DNA from: a virus
Taxonomy: Duplodnaviria > Heunggongvirae > Uroviricota > Caudoviricetes
IMG/VR virus record: IMGVR_UViG_3300029935_000001
Span: 265,867 to 323,407 of that record
Reading direction: 5' to 3' (one strand)
Length of the DNA: 57,541 nucleotides
The notes beneath the pieces were generated by a model. That model made no database searches. It saw only the letters and a program-made list of their open reading frames with translations, and was not told where the DNA came from. This document shows positions 35,888-45,204 of this stretch, one piece after another. The translations under genes were made by a program, and so were the position numbers. Position 1 is the first letter of the stretch; each line of letters starts with the position of its first letter.

Positions 35888-38776
35888 ATGTATGTAGACG
35901 GTATCTACAGTAAAGATAACGATCGAATATATATTTCCGAACGCGTAAATGGTGTTCGGAAATATATCGATTACCCTGCTGAGCACATCTTTTATTACGA
36001 AGACATGCGCGGCAAACACAAAACAATTTTTGGCTCTCCGTGTTCGCGGTTTGCTACTCGGTCTAACAAGGAATTTCAGCGCGAAGTCAAGGCCCGTAGC
36101 GGGCAGCGATTGTTCGAAAGCGACTTCAATCCCGTTTTTCGCTGCTTAGAAACTTACTATAAAGGTGCCGAGTCGCCTAAGCTGCACACAGCGTTTTTTG
36201 ACATCGAGACCGGGTTTGACCCAATCCAAGGTTTTGCACCAACCGACGATCCGTTTAACCCGGTCACTGCAATCACTGTTTACCTCGATTGGGTTAAGCA
36301 ACTCATTACGTTCGTAATGCCACCAAAGGGTATGAGCCTCGAGGAAGCCGAACGCATTGCCAGCCAGTTTGATAATACCTATGTCTTCACCGACGAAGCA
36401 GAGCTGTTGTCGACATTTTTAGGCATCATCGACGACGCAGACGTGCTGTCGGGGTGGAACTCCGAAGGCTATGATATCCCGTATACAGTTAATCGTGTGA
36501 CACGGGTGTTATCTAAAGACGACACACGAAAGTTTTGTTTGTGGGGGCAGCTACCTAAAAAGCGCACGTTTGAGCGCTACGGCGCTGAGTCGATTACCTA
36601 CGACACAGTAGGCCGAGTGCATATGGACTATATGCAGCTATACCGCAAATATACCTACGAAGAACGGCACTCTTACAGCCTCGACGCAATCGGTGAGTAT
36701 GAGCTCAACGAACGCAAAACTCCGTACGAAGGAACGCTAGATCAGCTGTACAACAACGATTGGAAAACGTTCATTGAGTATAACCGCCAAGACGTGGCGC
36801 TGTTGGCTAAGCTTGACGAAAAGCTAAAGTTCCTCGACCTTGCTAACAAGATTGCTCACGAAAACACTGTATTACTACAAACCACAATGGGCGCAGTAGC
36901 AGTGACTGAGCAAGCAATTATTAACGAAGCACACGAGCAAGGTCTAGTAGTACAAAATCGAACTTGGCGCGACCCCAACGCCCCGCCTGACGCCGCTGCT
37001 GGTGCGTATGTAGCATATCCCAAAAAAGGCCTGCACGATTGGATCGGGTCAGTTGACATCAACTCACTATACCCATCTGTTATCCGCGCGCTAAACATGG
37101 CGCCGGAAACTATTGTAGGACAGATTCGACCCGACCGCACCGATGCATATATTGCCAGCAAAATGGCCGACAACGACGACGGGTCAAAAGGCGATTCGTT
37201 TGCTGCTGCATGGGAAGGAATGTTTGCTACCATCGAGTACGATCTAGTAATGAATAAAGATCGTAGCGAAGTAATGTTAGTCGACTGGGAAGGGGCTGAA
37301 ACTCTTGAAATGACCGGCGCACAGATTTGGGAACTAGTGTTTAACTCGCACTCGGATTTAGTGTTGTCTGCCAATGGAACTATCTTCACGTTGTCACGAG
37401 CTGGGGTTATTCCTGGGCTACTTGAGCGGTGGTATGCTGAGCGCAAGGCTATGCAACAAACGCTCAAGCAGTTTATTGAGCTTGACGCTGGGATCCCAGT
37501 TCCTAAGAGATTTGTCAACATAACCCTTGAGGCCAAAACAGTCACTGGCAAAACTCTGCGCAATTTAGATTGGAAGCTGTTTGATATTATCCTCGAGTCG
37601 GGCACCGAAGCCGAACTAGTTCAGTTTTTGCACGACAACGAACTTGGTATCAAAGACGGTAAGATAATACCGTTGTCTAAGCACGAAAGCAGCGAGGCTA
37701 TTGAATATTGGGACAAGCGCCAATTAGTAAAGAAAATTAACCTAAACTCGTTGTACGGCGCTATTTTGAACCCTGGCTGTCGCTTTTTCGATAAACGCAT
37801 CGGCCAGTCCACCACACTTACCGGTCGATCGATTACCAAATCTATGACCGAAACAATTAACGAGTGTATTGCTGGTGTTAGAGATCACACCGGAATTGCT
37901 GCGATCTACAACGATACAGACTCAAGTTATTTCTCTGCATGGCCAGTGATCAAGGACGATGTTGAGGCTGGTCGAATGGAGTGGAACAAGGAAATTGCCG
38001 TTGCGCTATACGATTCGATTGCGGATAGCGTGAATGAAGATTTTCCGCGGTTTATGCGTGAGGCGTTCCACTGTCCTGAGGACAAAGGCAGTATCATCCG
38101 AGCTGGGCGAGAGATTGTGGCGACCAAAGGGCTTTTCATTACAAAGAAACGGTACGCCCTGCTCTACTATGACAAGGACGGTAAGCGCAAGGATAAGGAC
38201 GGGAAGGTCGGCGAGGTAAAAGCAATGGGTCTCGACCTCAAGCGTGCTGATACGCCTAAGGTGGTACAGCAGTTCCTGTGGGGCTTGCTTGACAAGGTGC
38301 TCCATGGTGCTCAGAAGGAAGAGATCATCGAGGACGTTCTTGCGTTTAAGCGTGAATTTACTAAGAAAAAGGCTTGGGAAAAAGGATCGCCGAAGCGCGT
38401 CAACAATCTTACTAAATATGGGTTATTAGAAAAAACCCGGGGCAAGGCGAATATGCCCGGCCACGTGCGTGCTGCTTTAAATTGGAATAATCTGCGAGAA
38501 ATGAGCGGCGATAACTACAGCATGAAGATTGTCGACGGGCAAAAAGCTGTAGTATGTAAGCTCAAGCCAAACCCGCTAGGCTGGAGTTCCGTAGCCTACC
38601 CGACAGATGAGCTTAGACTGCCGCAATGGTTTTTAGATCTTCCGTTTGACGAGCTTGCTATGGAAGACGTGGTAGTGACTCAAAAAGTAGAAAACCTACT
38701 AGGAGTCCTAGGGTGGGATCTACGCAATAAAACCGACATTACTACCACCTTTGGGTCGTTGTTTGACTTTGACTAA
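35888..38776 (+). CDS. family B DNA polymerase (T4 gp43-like)
   Basis: FFDIET, WNSEGYDIPY, YNRQDV, SVDINSLYPS, KKINLNSLYG, YNDTDS. Confidence 0.97.
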   Translation: MYVDGIYSKDNDRIYISERVNGVRKYIDYPAEHIFYYEDMRGKHKTIFGSPCSRFATRSNKEFQREVKARSGQRLFESDFNPVFRCLETYYKGAESPKLHTAFFDIETGFDPIQGFAPTDDPFNPVTAITVYLDWVKQLITFVMPPKGMSLEEAERIASQFDNTYVFTDEAELLSTFLGIIDDADVLSGWNSEGYDIPYTVNRVTRVLSKDDTRKFCLWGQLPKKRTFERYGAESITYDTVGRVHMDYMQLYRKYTYEERHSYSLDAIGEYELNERKTPYEGTLDQLYNNDWKTFIEYNRQDVALLAKLDEKLKFLDLANKIAHENTVLLQTTMGAVAVTEQAIINEAHEQGLVVQNRTWRDPNAPPDAAAGAYVAYPKKGLHDWIGSVDINSLYPSVIRALNMAPETIVGQIRPDRTDAYIASKMADNDDGSKGDSFAAAWEGMFATIEYDLVMNKDRSEVMLVDWEGAETLEMTGAQIWELVFNSHSDLVLSANGTIFTLSRAGVIPGLLERWYAERKAMQQTLKQFIELDAGIPVPKRFVNITLEAKTVTGKTLRNLDWKLFDIILESGTEAELVQFLHDNELGIKDGKIIPLSKHESSEAIEYWDKRQLVKKINLNSLYGAILNPGCRFFDKRIGQSTTLTGRSITKSMTETINECIAGVRDHTGIAAIYNDTDSSYFSAWPVIKDDVEAGRMEWNKEIAVALYDSIADSVNEDFPRFMREAFHCPEDKGSIIRAGREIVATKGLFITKKRYALLYYDKDGKRKDKDGKVGEVKAMGLDLKRADTPKVVQQFLWGLLDKVLHGAQKEEIIEDVLAFKREFTKKKAWEKGSPKRVNNLTKYGLLEKTRGKANMPGHVRAALNWNNLREMSGDNYSMKIVDGQKAVVCKLKPNPLGWSSVAYPTDELRLPQWFLDLPFDELAMEDVVVTQKVENLLGVLGWDLRNKTDITTTFGSLFDFD

Positions 38777-38790
38777 GTTAGCCAAAATTA

Positions 38791-38819
38791 TTGACCGACC
38801 CGGTCAATCCGCATAAAAT
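38791..38819 (+). promoter_or_regulatory. sigma70-type promoter
   Basis: TTGACC-N17-TAAAAT. Confidence 0.7.
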
Positions 38820-38850
38820 ACAGTATCACCCCACTTAATTAGGAGAACAC

Positions 38851-39576
38851 ATGAAAGATAACCTACGCGACCTCGTAGAGCACACTTACGACCTTGGCTG
38901 CATCGACACTGTTAAAGTAGTTGGCACCGACGAAGACACCGAAGTATTCGGTGTTGCTGACGACCGCACTGTAGTCTTGCAAGGCAAATTTAAAAAGCCA
39001 GTGGCAGAATTCAAAGGCACGTTTGGAATGCCAAATCTGTCTAAGCTGAAAATTCTGCTTGGAATTCCAGAATACAAATCCGACGCTGTTATTAAAATTC
39101 AAACCCGCGACGACAACGGCGAACCCGCAGGAATGAGCTTTACAAACAAAACCGGCGACTTCAAGAACGAATATCGATTTATGACTTCTGAGATCGTAGC
39201 CGAAAAGCTCAAGACTGTAAAGTTCCGTGGCGCTACTTGGAATATCCAATTTAGTCCCGCAGCAGCAGCAATCCAGCGCCTCAAGTTCCAAGCACAAGCT
39301 AACGCCGACGAAACTACGTTTCAAGCTCGAGTCGAAGGCAACGACCTCAAGTTTTATTTTGGCGACCACTCGACGCACGCTGGCAACTTTGTGTTCCATG
39401 CAAATGTAAAAGGCACACTATCGCAAAGCTGGTCGTGGCCCGTCAAGCAGGTTATGGCCATTCTCGATCTTCCTGGTGACAAAATCATGAAGATCTCAGA
39501 CCAAGGTGCTACTGAAATCACTGTCGACTCGGGTGTGGGCGTTTACACTTACCTTTTGCCTGCTATGTCCAAGTAA
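38851..39576 (+). CDS. probable DNA sliding clamp (gp45-like)
   Basis: 241 aa, repeating alpha/beta pattern, directly after the polymerase. Confidence 0.55.
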   Translation: MKDNLRDLVEHTYDLGCIDTVKVVGTDEDTEVFGVADDRTVVLQGKFKKPVAEFKGTFGMPNLSKLKILLGIPEYKSDAVIKIQTRDDNGEPAGMSFTNKTGDFKNEYRFMTSEIVAEKLKTVKFRGATWNIQFSPAAAAIQRLKFQAQANADETTFQARVEGNDLKFYFGDHSTHAGNFVFHANVKGTLSQSWSWPVKQVMAILDLPGDKIMKISDQGATEITVDSGVGVYTYLLPAMSK

Positions 39577-39606
39577 TAAGCAAGTGGCCTCAAGGCCACT
39601 TGCTTA
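39577..39606 (+). terminator. perfect 13-bp hairpin (terminator or processing site)
   Basis: TAAGCAAGTGGCC-TCAA-GGCCACTTGCTTA; no clear U tract. Confidence 0.6.
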
Positions 39607-39621
39607 ATCTCTAAACTATAC

Positions 39622-41187
39622 ATGATAGATCAACACAACATGACTGAGCGCCAAACTGGCGCAGACGGACGCAGCAAATGGGCTTGTTTCTTGCCGGCCA
39701 TTAGCTCGTTCTACTCAACATACATCGGGCGGCAGCGACACGAAAACTATGTAGATGCTGCGCGAATGCCTGCTGGCATCCCGGACATGGAGCAGCTTAA
39801 CTTCCTCAACGATCAAAAGGGCTTGTTCCATTATCGTTGGGGATTGTACTCTGCTGGGCACGCTGACTTAGACATAACTAAGTTTGCGCCCAAAGAGGAC
39901 ATGATCCGTAATCGAGATCCTAACACTATTATTCTGGGCGACAGCGGAGGCTTCCAAATAGCCAAAGGTGTTTGGGAAGGCGACTGGAAAAACCCTTCTG
40001 ACCCAAAGAGCGCCAAGCGCCGCGAAACCGTACTAAAGTGGCTTGACGGAATTGCTGACTATGCAATGACGCTTGATGTACCAACTTGGATTATTCACGA
40101 CCCAGAAGCTTCTCGCAAGACTGGGATTTCTACATACCAAGAGGCCGTTGACACTACACAATACAATAACGAATATTTTATTGCTAACCGCAAAGGATGG
40201 CAAAATGGCGGTACCAAGTTCCTTAATGTAATGCAAGGGTCAAACCACGCCGAGTCGGACAACTGGTACAACTTGATGAAAAAGTATTGCGACCCAAAGG
40301 TGTACCCTGATCGTCACTTTAACGGATGGGCGTTTGGTGGTCAAAATATGTGCGATGTTCACCTAATCTTGCGTCGCATTGTTATTATGATTCACGACGG
40401 GTTGCTTGAGGAAGGAATCCACGACTGGATCCACGTTTTGGGCACGTCAAAACTCGAGTGGGCAGTAGTGCTGACTGAAATTCAGCGTGCTGTGCGCAAA
40501 TACCATAACCCCAACCTGACCATCAGCTTCGACTGCGCTAGTCCATTCCTTGCTACTGCTAACGGGCAGATTTACGTTGACACAGAAACTCCGCACGAAG
40601 GCAAATGGACGTATCGAATGGAGCCAACTGCCGATAACAAAGCATATGCAGGTGATAGCCGAAGCTTTAGAGATGCTGTGCTTCAAGACAGTATCCATAA
40701 GCGATTTATGGACAGTCCGGTCTCATCACGCCTTAAAATCTCTGATGTGTGCTACTATGCACCAGGCGCGCTGAACAAACTTGGAAAAGAAGGACGCACG
40801 TCGTGGGACTCATTTTCATACGCGCTAATGATGGGGCATAACGTGTGGATGCACATTAACGCCGTTCAACGTGCTAACGAGCAGTATGACCTCGGCGAAT
40901 ACCCTAAAATGTTAGTGGATGATACTTTTTCCAAATTAGAGTTTGGACAACTAGTTGACCAAATTTTTGCCCAAAAAGATCTTAAAAAAAGCTTAGAACT
41001 AATAGAATATTATTCTCGTTTTTGGACTAACATCGTTGGCACTCGAGGGTTTACCGGCAAACGTGCGGTTAATGCTCACACACAATTTAACGCGTTATTT
41101 GAAATAGAAGAAGAGCCACCAGTTAACGACGAAGGCTTAGATGAAACCTTACTTGACAATCTTGAACACGAGGTAGATGAGGAATGA
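39622..41187 (+). CDS. dpdA: TGT-fold guanine transglycosylase (DpdA-like)
   Basis: GDSGGFQ, LDVP, GWAFGG, IHVLG, SFDCAS; clustered with folE/queD/queE. Confidence 0.7.
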   Translation: MIDQHNMTERQTGADGRSKWACFLPAISSFYSTYIGRQRHENYVDAARMPAGIPDMEQLNFLNDQKGLFHYRWGLYSAGHADLDITKFAPKEDMIRNRDPNTIILGDSGGFQIAKGVWEGDWKNPSDPKSAKRRETVLKWLDGIADYAMTLDVPTWIIHDPEASRKTGISTYQEAVDTTQYNNEYFIANRKGWQNGGTKFLNVMQGSNHAESDNWYNLMKKYCDPKVYPDRHFNGWAFGGQNMCDVHLILRRIVIMIHDGLLEEGIHDWIHVLGTSKLEWAVVLTEIQRAVRKYHNPNLTISFDCASPFLATANGQIYVDTETPHEGKWTYRMEPTADNKAYAGDSRSFRDAVLQDSIHKRFMDSPVSSRLKISDVCYYAPGALNKLGKEGRTSWDSFSYALMMGHNVWMHINAVQRANEQYDLGEYPKMLVDDTFSKLEFGQLVDQIFAQKDLKKSLELIEYYSRFWTNIVGTRGFTGKRAVNAHTQFNALFEIEEEPPVNDEGLDETLLDNLEHEVDEE

Positions 41188-41690
41188 ACCGTGAAGGGCA
41201 CGACGATGTAAAGTTTTTTGTTGGCAACGAGGTCGAGCGCAGCCCAGCGCTGGGCTACCGCACACTGTTTGTAGTAGGTATTCAAGAGGTTGGCGAGATT
41301 ATCCAGCAAGCCAAGCAAAACCAGTGTCGGCACATTTACTTTGGCGCAAACCAAAGCTACTCAGCTAACAAGGATCATGAGCTTTGGGACCGCATGATTT
41401 TTGCTGTTCTAAGGCAGCATCCTGAATTTTTTGTGACGCTGGACTTCGACAGTCGTGATCTCGTGTCTGTACTCGAGAGTGGCTATACCGAGTATCGTCA
41501 GTTCATTCCAATGGTCTCGGTTAAGCTCCCTTACATCAACCAGCTCGGCTATAACGCCGTAATTAAGCTCGACGACCACGACTTTGCTGCTACTAACCCC
41601 GGGGTTTGGTGCCACATGCTAACCTCGCTAACCACCGAAAACTCAATGACTCGGTGGACTGAATACACCGGAGATACTACAATTGAATAA
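41184..41690 (+). CDS. hypothetical protein coupled to the DpdA-like gene
   Basis: ATGA overlap; 168 aa. Confidence 0.75.
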   Translation: MNREGHDDVKFFVGNEVERSPALGYRTLFVVGIQEVGEIIQQAKQNQCRHIYFGANQSYSANKDHELWDRMIFAVLRQHPEFFVTLDFDSRDLVSVLESGYTEYRQFIPMVSVKLPYINQLGYNAVIKLDDHDFAATNPGVWCHMLTSLTTENSMTRWTEYTGDTTIE

Positions 41691-41976
41691 GCTCAAGCGT
41701 TTTTTGCGCAACTGGCTCAATGATTGCTTGGCCAGCGAACCAGTGCGCGTTATCCGTGACGGCGACGGGCGCCTCGAAGGCCGGAAGTTTAGCTTCTCAG
41801 TGATTGCTGCCCAAGGCGGCAACATTGTCGAGGTTTACCACGCCGAAGAAACCAAGTACCACAACCCACAGGGCCCTTCGGCAGGACCTACGTTCTCGCA
41901 TCACATCATACCCGACAGTGAAGACTTTACCGAAGCTTTAGGTAAAATTGTCACTATGGAAATGCTACGGCGGTAG
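41683..41976 (+). CDS. hypothetical protein
   Basis: Coupled ORF. Confidence 0.6.
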   Translation: MNKLKRFLRNWLNDCLASEPVRVIRDGDGRLEGRKFSFSVIAAQGGNIVEVYHAEETKYHNPQGPSAGPTFSHHIIPDSEDFTEALGKIVTMEMLRR

Positions 41977-42005
41977 TTGACAAGGACCGCTTACATAGGT
42001 ATAAT
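41977..42005 (+). promoter_or_regulatory. sigma70-type promoter
   Basis: TTGACA-N17-TATAAT. Confidence 0.85.
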
Positions 42006-42011
42006 ACATAC

Positions 42012-42566
42012 ATGACAGCAACAAAAACATTCATTCGAGTTCGCACGCAGTTTGAAGGGTTTCATTACTACCCAGATGCCAACGAGATTGACACTCGCAT
42101 TGCGTTTCTCGAACACCCGCATCGACACTTGTTTAAAGTTGAAGCGAAAATCTCCGTAGAACACACTGACCGAGAACTCGAATTTTTCCTTGTTAAATGG
42201 GCGCTCGAAGCGTTTATTAAGTCGGGCAATCAAAACCACAAATCTTGCGAAATGATCGCAACCGACATTCTCGAGAAGCATCTAATCCCTTCGTATGGAG
42301 CCAAACGGTACTATGAAGTAACTGTATCTGAAGATGGCGAATCCGACGGTATTGTTGAACACCAACCCACTACTACAGGAACTCACAAGTATGAAGTAGA
42401 GAATCTTGGCACAGTAAACGAGACTGACACGCTGGTTGTTCGTATTCCAGCAACATTTAACAGCAAAGACGCTGAGCGACTCCAACATCAGCTGCTTGCG
42501 CAATACCCCAAAAACAATTTCATCATCGTACCTAACTCTCTTTCAATCACTAAGGAAAGTAACTAA
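42012..42566 (+). CDS. T-fold (QueD-like) protein, candidate DpdL-type enzyme
   Basis: FEGFH..HPHRHLF.V..DRELEF..SCEMIA..VTVSEDGE; ATG lies ~6 nt after the -10, so probably leaderless. Confidence 0.6.
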   Translation: MTATKTFIRVRTQFEGFHYYPDANEIDTRIAFLEHPHRHLFKVEAKISVEHTDRELEFFLVKWALEAFIKSGNQNHKSCEMIATDILEKHLIPSYGAKRYYEVTVSEDGESDGIVEHQPTTTGTHKYEVENLGTVNETDTLVVRIPATFNSKDAERLQHQLLAQYPKNNFIIVPNSLSITKESN

Positions 42567-42567
42567 A

Positions 42568-42798
42568 ATGGCTAAAATCACTATTAAACCCAATGCCAAG
42601 GCAGCCGAAGTCCTCAACGACCTCGAGGCTTATCTCAACTTCTGCCGCGCCTACGGCTATAAGTTTAATGAGGCCGATCTATACAACAGCAAGGCTTATG
42701 CCTACCAGCAATACACCAAGTTCCAAGCTGGTAAGCGGGCCAAGGATATGTGGGCTGAGGATGCTCGGCGCTTCGGCCTCACAATCGAGTCGGAATAA
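42568..42798 (+). CDS. hypothetical phage protein
   Basis: AAGGA RBS, ATG 42568. Confidence 0.7.
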   Translation: MAKITIKPNAKAAEVLNDLEAYLNFCRAYGYKFNEADLYNSKAYAYQQYTKFQAGKRAKDMWAEDARRFGLTIESE

Positions 42799-42824
42799 CC
42801 AATTCTGCTGTAACTGGTAAAACA

Positions 42825-42847
42825 AAAAGGGGCCTTGCGCCCCTTTT
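42825..42847 (+). terminator. intrinsic terminator
   Basis: AAAAGGGGC-CTTGC-GCCCCTTTT. Confidence 0.75.
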
Positions 42848-42863
42848 GTGCTATACTGTATTC

Positions 42864-43106
42864 ATGAGCTCTCTTAAATACCAAACTAAATTTATCGGGG
42901 GTTACGAGGCTGCTGTCCATATGTCCGCTTTCTTGAAGAAAAGCGGGTATGAACATTACTTGAATAAGAAGCGCGATAGCGATCCCTCGAATGTGTATTC
43001 GTGGCATGTAAGTTCAAAAGGTCGCGGCATAATTTACCTCCAGTACAATGACCCTAAGATTGCTTCGCTGCTTTCCCTTTCACACTTAAACTTGGAAACT
43101 TATTAA
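42864..43106 (+). CDS. hypothetical protein
   Basis: ORF filling the gap. Confidence 0.5.
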   Translation: MSSLKYQTKFIGGYEAAVHMSAFLKKSGYEHYLNKKRDSDPSNVYSWHVSSKGRGIIYLQYNDPKIASLLSLSHLNLETY

Positions 43107-43107
43107 T

Positions 43108-44283
43108 ATGCGTAAAATCTTCCATATGGGGCTTGAGTCATACCAAGCCCGCTACACTTACCAACTCACCGACTGGACTGAACGTATCTATAAGCGGCGC
43201 GGAGTTGATTACGTGATTGTCACTGGACAAGAACTTGACAACACCAAAGCTATCCAAGTTGGGCAAGTGCTCGACGCGCACGGTCGCGGCTACTACTCGC
43301 TCACGCAAATGGCCAATCTCATCCAACGAATGCGAAATGGTGAGGTCACTGGCAAGGATGTCATCTTTTTTGAAGACATGTTCACGCCAGGCATCGAATC
43401 GCTGCCCTATGTTCTGAATCAGATTCCCGAGCAGGATCGCCCGCGTGTGTTTGTGCGCTGCTTGGCGCAGACCATCGACCCTGACGATTTTGTCCACGTA
43501 TGGGACATGAGCAAGTGGATGGCCTACTATGAGCGCATGGTCGGCGAGTTTGCTACGGTCCTGGCCAGCAACGAAGAAATGGTCGCACATGCCAAGGTGG
43601 CCGGCTGGACTGCGCCGATCTACAACATCAGCGGCCTTGCGTTTAACTCCGCAGAGGTTCGCGAGCGGGTCAGCAACACAATCACCCCGTGGGCGCAACG
43701 AGACCAACGCGCGGTTTTTTCTGCACGTTGGGACCAAGAGAAGCAGCCCGAGTTTTACATGAGCCTCGCACGTCAGTATTACAAGATCAACCCCACGGTA
43801 GAGTTTGCGCTGCTTCAAGGTGGGCCGCTACGCTCTAACATTCCAGGCATGGTCGAACAGACTCGGGCATTCGCAGCCAGTGGCGAGGCCAATTTCAAGA
43901 TTTACGAAAATCTTCCAAAGAACGAATACTACCGCATGCTCAACACGTCGCGCGTGCTTGTAAATTCCGCCCTCCAGGATTGGACGAGTAATACTGTGAG
44001 CGAAGCAGACGCTCTGGGATGTAATGTGCTGTATCCTGCGTATCGCTCTTTCCCTGAGATCTTTGCGAATGACCACGAGCGCATGTATATTCCGTGGTCC
44101 GAAACTGACGCGATTAACAAGCTCGCCCTGTTGCTACAGGATGCGCATCCTAACATGGGCAAGATTTCGCGTTGGACCGACGGCACAATCGACCGCTGTA
44201 TCGACATCATGGAAGGCAAGGGCGAGCAGTGGAACCGCTCAGGTAAAGACTATCGCAGCAAAGTCTCGGCTGCGAAGTATTAA
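43108..44283 (+). CDS. GT-B (GT4-like) glycosyltransferase
   Basis: FSARWDQEKQP; QDWTSNTVSEADALG (D-x7-E); YPAYRSFPE. Confidence 0.8.
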   Translation: MRKIFHMGLESYQARYTYQLTDWTERIYKRRGVDYVIVTGQELDNTKAIQVGQVLDAHGRGYYSLTQMANLIQRMRNGEVTGKDVIFFEDMFTPGIESLPYVLNQIPEQDRPRVFVRCLAQTIDPDDFVHVWDMSKWMAYYERMVGEFATVLASNEEMVAHAKVAGWTAPIYNISGLAFNSAEVRERVSNTITPWAQRDQRAVFSARWDQEKQPEFYMSLARQYYKINPTVEFALLQGGPLRSNIPGMVEQTRAFAASGEANFKIYENLPKNEYYRMLNTSRVLVNSALQDWTSNTVSEADALGCNVLYPAYRSFPEIFANDHERMYIPWSETDAINKLALLLQDAHPNMGKISRWTDGTIDRCIDIMEGKGEQWNRSGKDYRSKVSAAKY

Positions 44284-44293
44284 AATATACGCA

Positions 44294-44557
44294 ATGAACG
44301 CACCCATCATATATAGTAAAGTAGACACACATATGCGAATTGAACGGTGTTACGGAGGGGTTTGGATTCACGGGCCCCTCAAACATCGGCAGAATGTGAT
44401 TGAGTGGTGCGAAGCTACATTTGGCGCCAGCGGTCACAATCCAAAATGCCGCTGGCGCGTCGGTAACTGGACACAGCATCGAGAATCATCGTCGTCGTGG
44501 CTGCTGTTCAAGCATGACGCAGATAAAATGATGTTCATGCTACGGTGGAAGAGCTAA
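44294..44557 (+). CDS. hypothetical protein
   Basis: VIEWCEATFG..RW..LLFKHDADKMMFMLRW. Confidence 0.6.
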   Translation: MNAPIIYSKVDTHMRIERCYGGVWIHGPLKHRQNVIEWCEATFGASGHNPKCRWRVGNWTQHRESSSSWLLFKHDADKMMFMLRWKS

Positions 44558-44580
44558 CCACCCTAATAAATGCCCATACA

Positions 44581-44946
44581 ATTGGCCTTGTCTGGTATGC
44601 GCTCGCATACCCCTATTGAGCTAGCCGAGGTAGTGCTCGTAGCCAGCGGAACTTAGGTGCTACTGTTATCGGAACGAGTTGATTCTCTTTCGATAGCCGT
44701 TAGAAGCGGACGATATCGCTTTAAATGATGCGGGCAACTGTGAAAAAGAAACAACCCGCGGTTTGGTATTTGCTGGCTGAAGGTGAATATCAAGCATCCG
44801 TTGATAGTCAAATAGAACGTAGGGAGTACCGGTCAACCGCTTCCGCGCTGCTGCTTGTATAGGGTGGTACATCGTTTTTTCAGCCAAAGTACGACTCACT
44901 GGAGTTCCTTTGTAAATTTGCCCGCTCTGGGCAAATTACGGCCAAT
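44581..44946 (+). ncRNA. candidate large structured ncRNA (~366 nt)
   Basis: Gene-free region closed by ATTGGCC/GGCCAAT; TGGCTGAA/TTCAGCCA long-range helix; several internal hairpins. Confidence 0.45.
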
Positions 44947-44990
44947 CTGCCTGGAATCATCAAAAGTTAAATCAAAAATGTTGCTTCAGA

Positions 44991-45028
44991 ACGAGTCGAA
45001 CACGAGTGACAAACGAGTGTGAGCGAGT
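44991..45028. repeat. four phased (A/G)CGAGT repeats
   Basis: Starts at 44991, 45002, 45013 and 45023 (period 11, 11, 10). Confidence 0.6.
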
Positions 45029-45204
45029 GATAGAAGCCCGTAGTGCGCAGCACTCGGTTCTGCAGTTGCTCTAATTCTACCCCTAGATTTAACATAGTCT
45101 TGTATAATGACTAAATACTTTTGTATCTCGCATGCACACGCCATGTCGCAGTAGACACACTGCATTAGACATGGCGAGACATATTTTATGGAGGATACCA
45201 CAAC

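Noticed and set aside
37460-37700. Long segment between ERKAM and YWDKRQ in the polymerase as an intein or novel insertion
   Set aside because: No Cys/Ser start, His-Asn end or LAGLIDADG motifs; T4/RB69 gp43 also have long fingers, so length alone is not unusual
4916-44219. Long minus-strand ORFs in the track (4916..5698, 5484..6110, 9262..9816, 36856..37605, 43138..43818 and others)
   Set aside because: They are antisense shadows of well-supported + strand genes, with no RBS or motifs; phoH is the only credible minus-strand gene
45111-45204. preQ1 riboswitch upstream of folE
   Set aside because: Lacks the class I P1 plus 3' A-rich tail consensus; reported only as an unassigned switch
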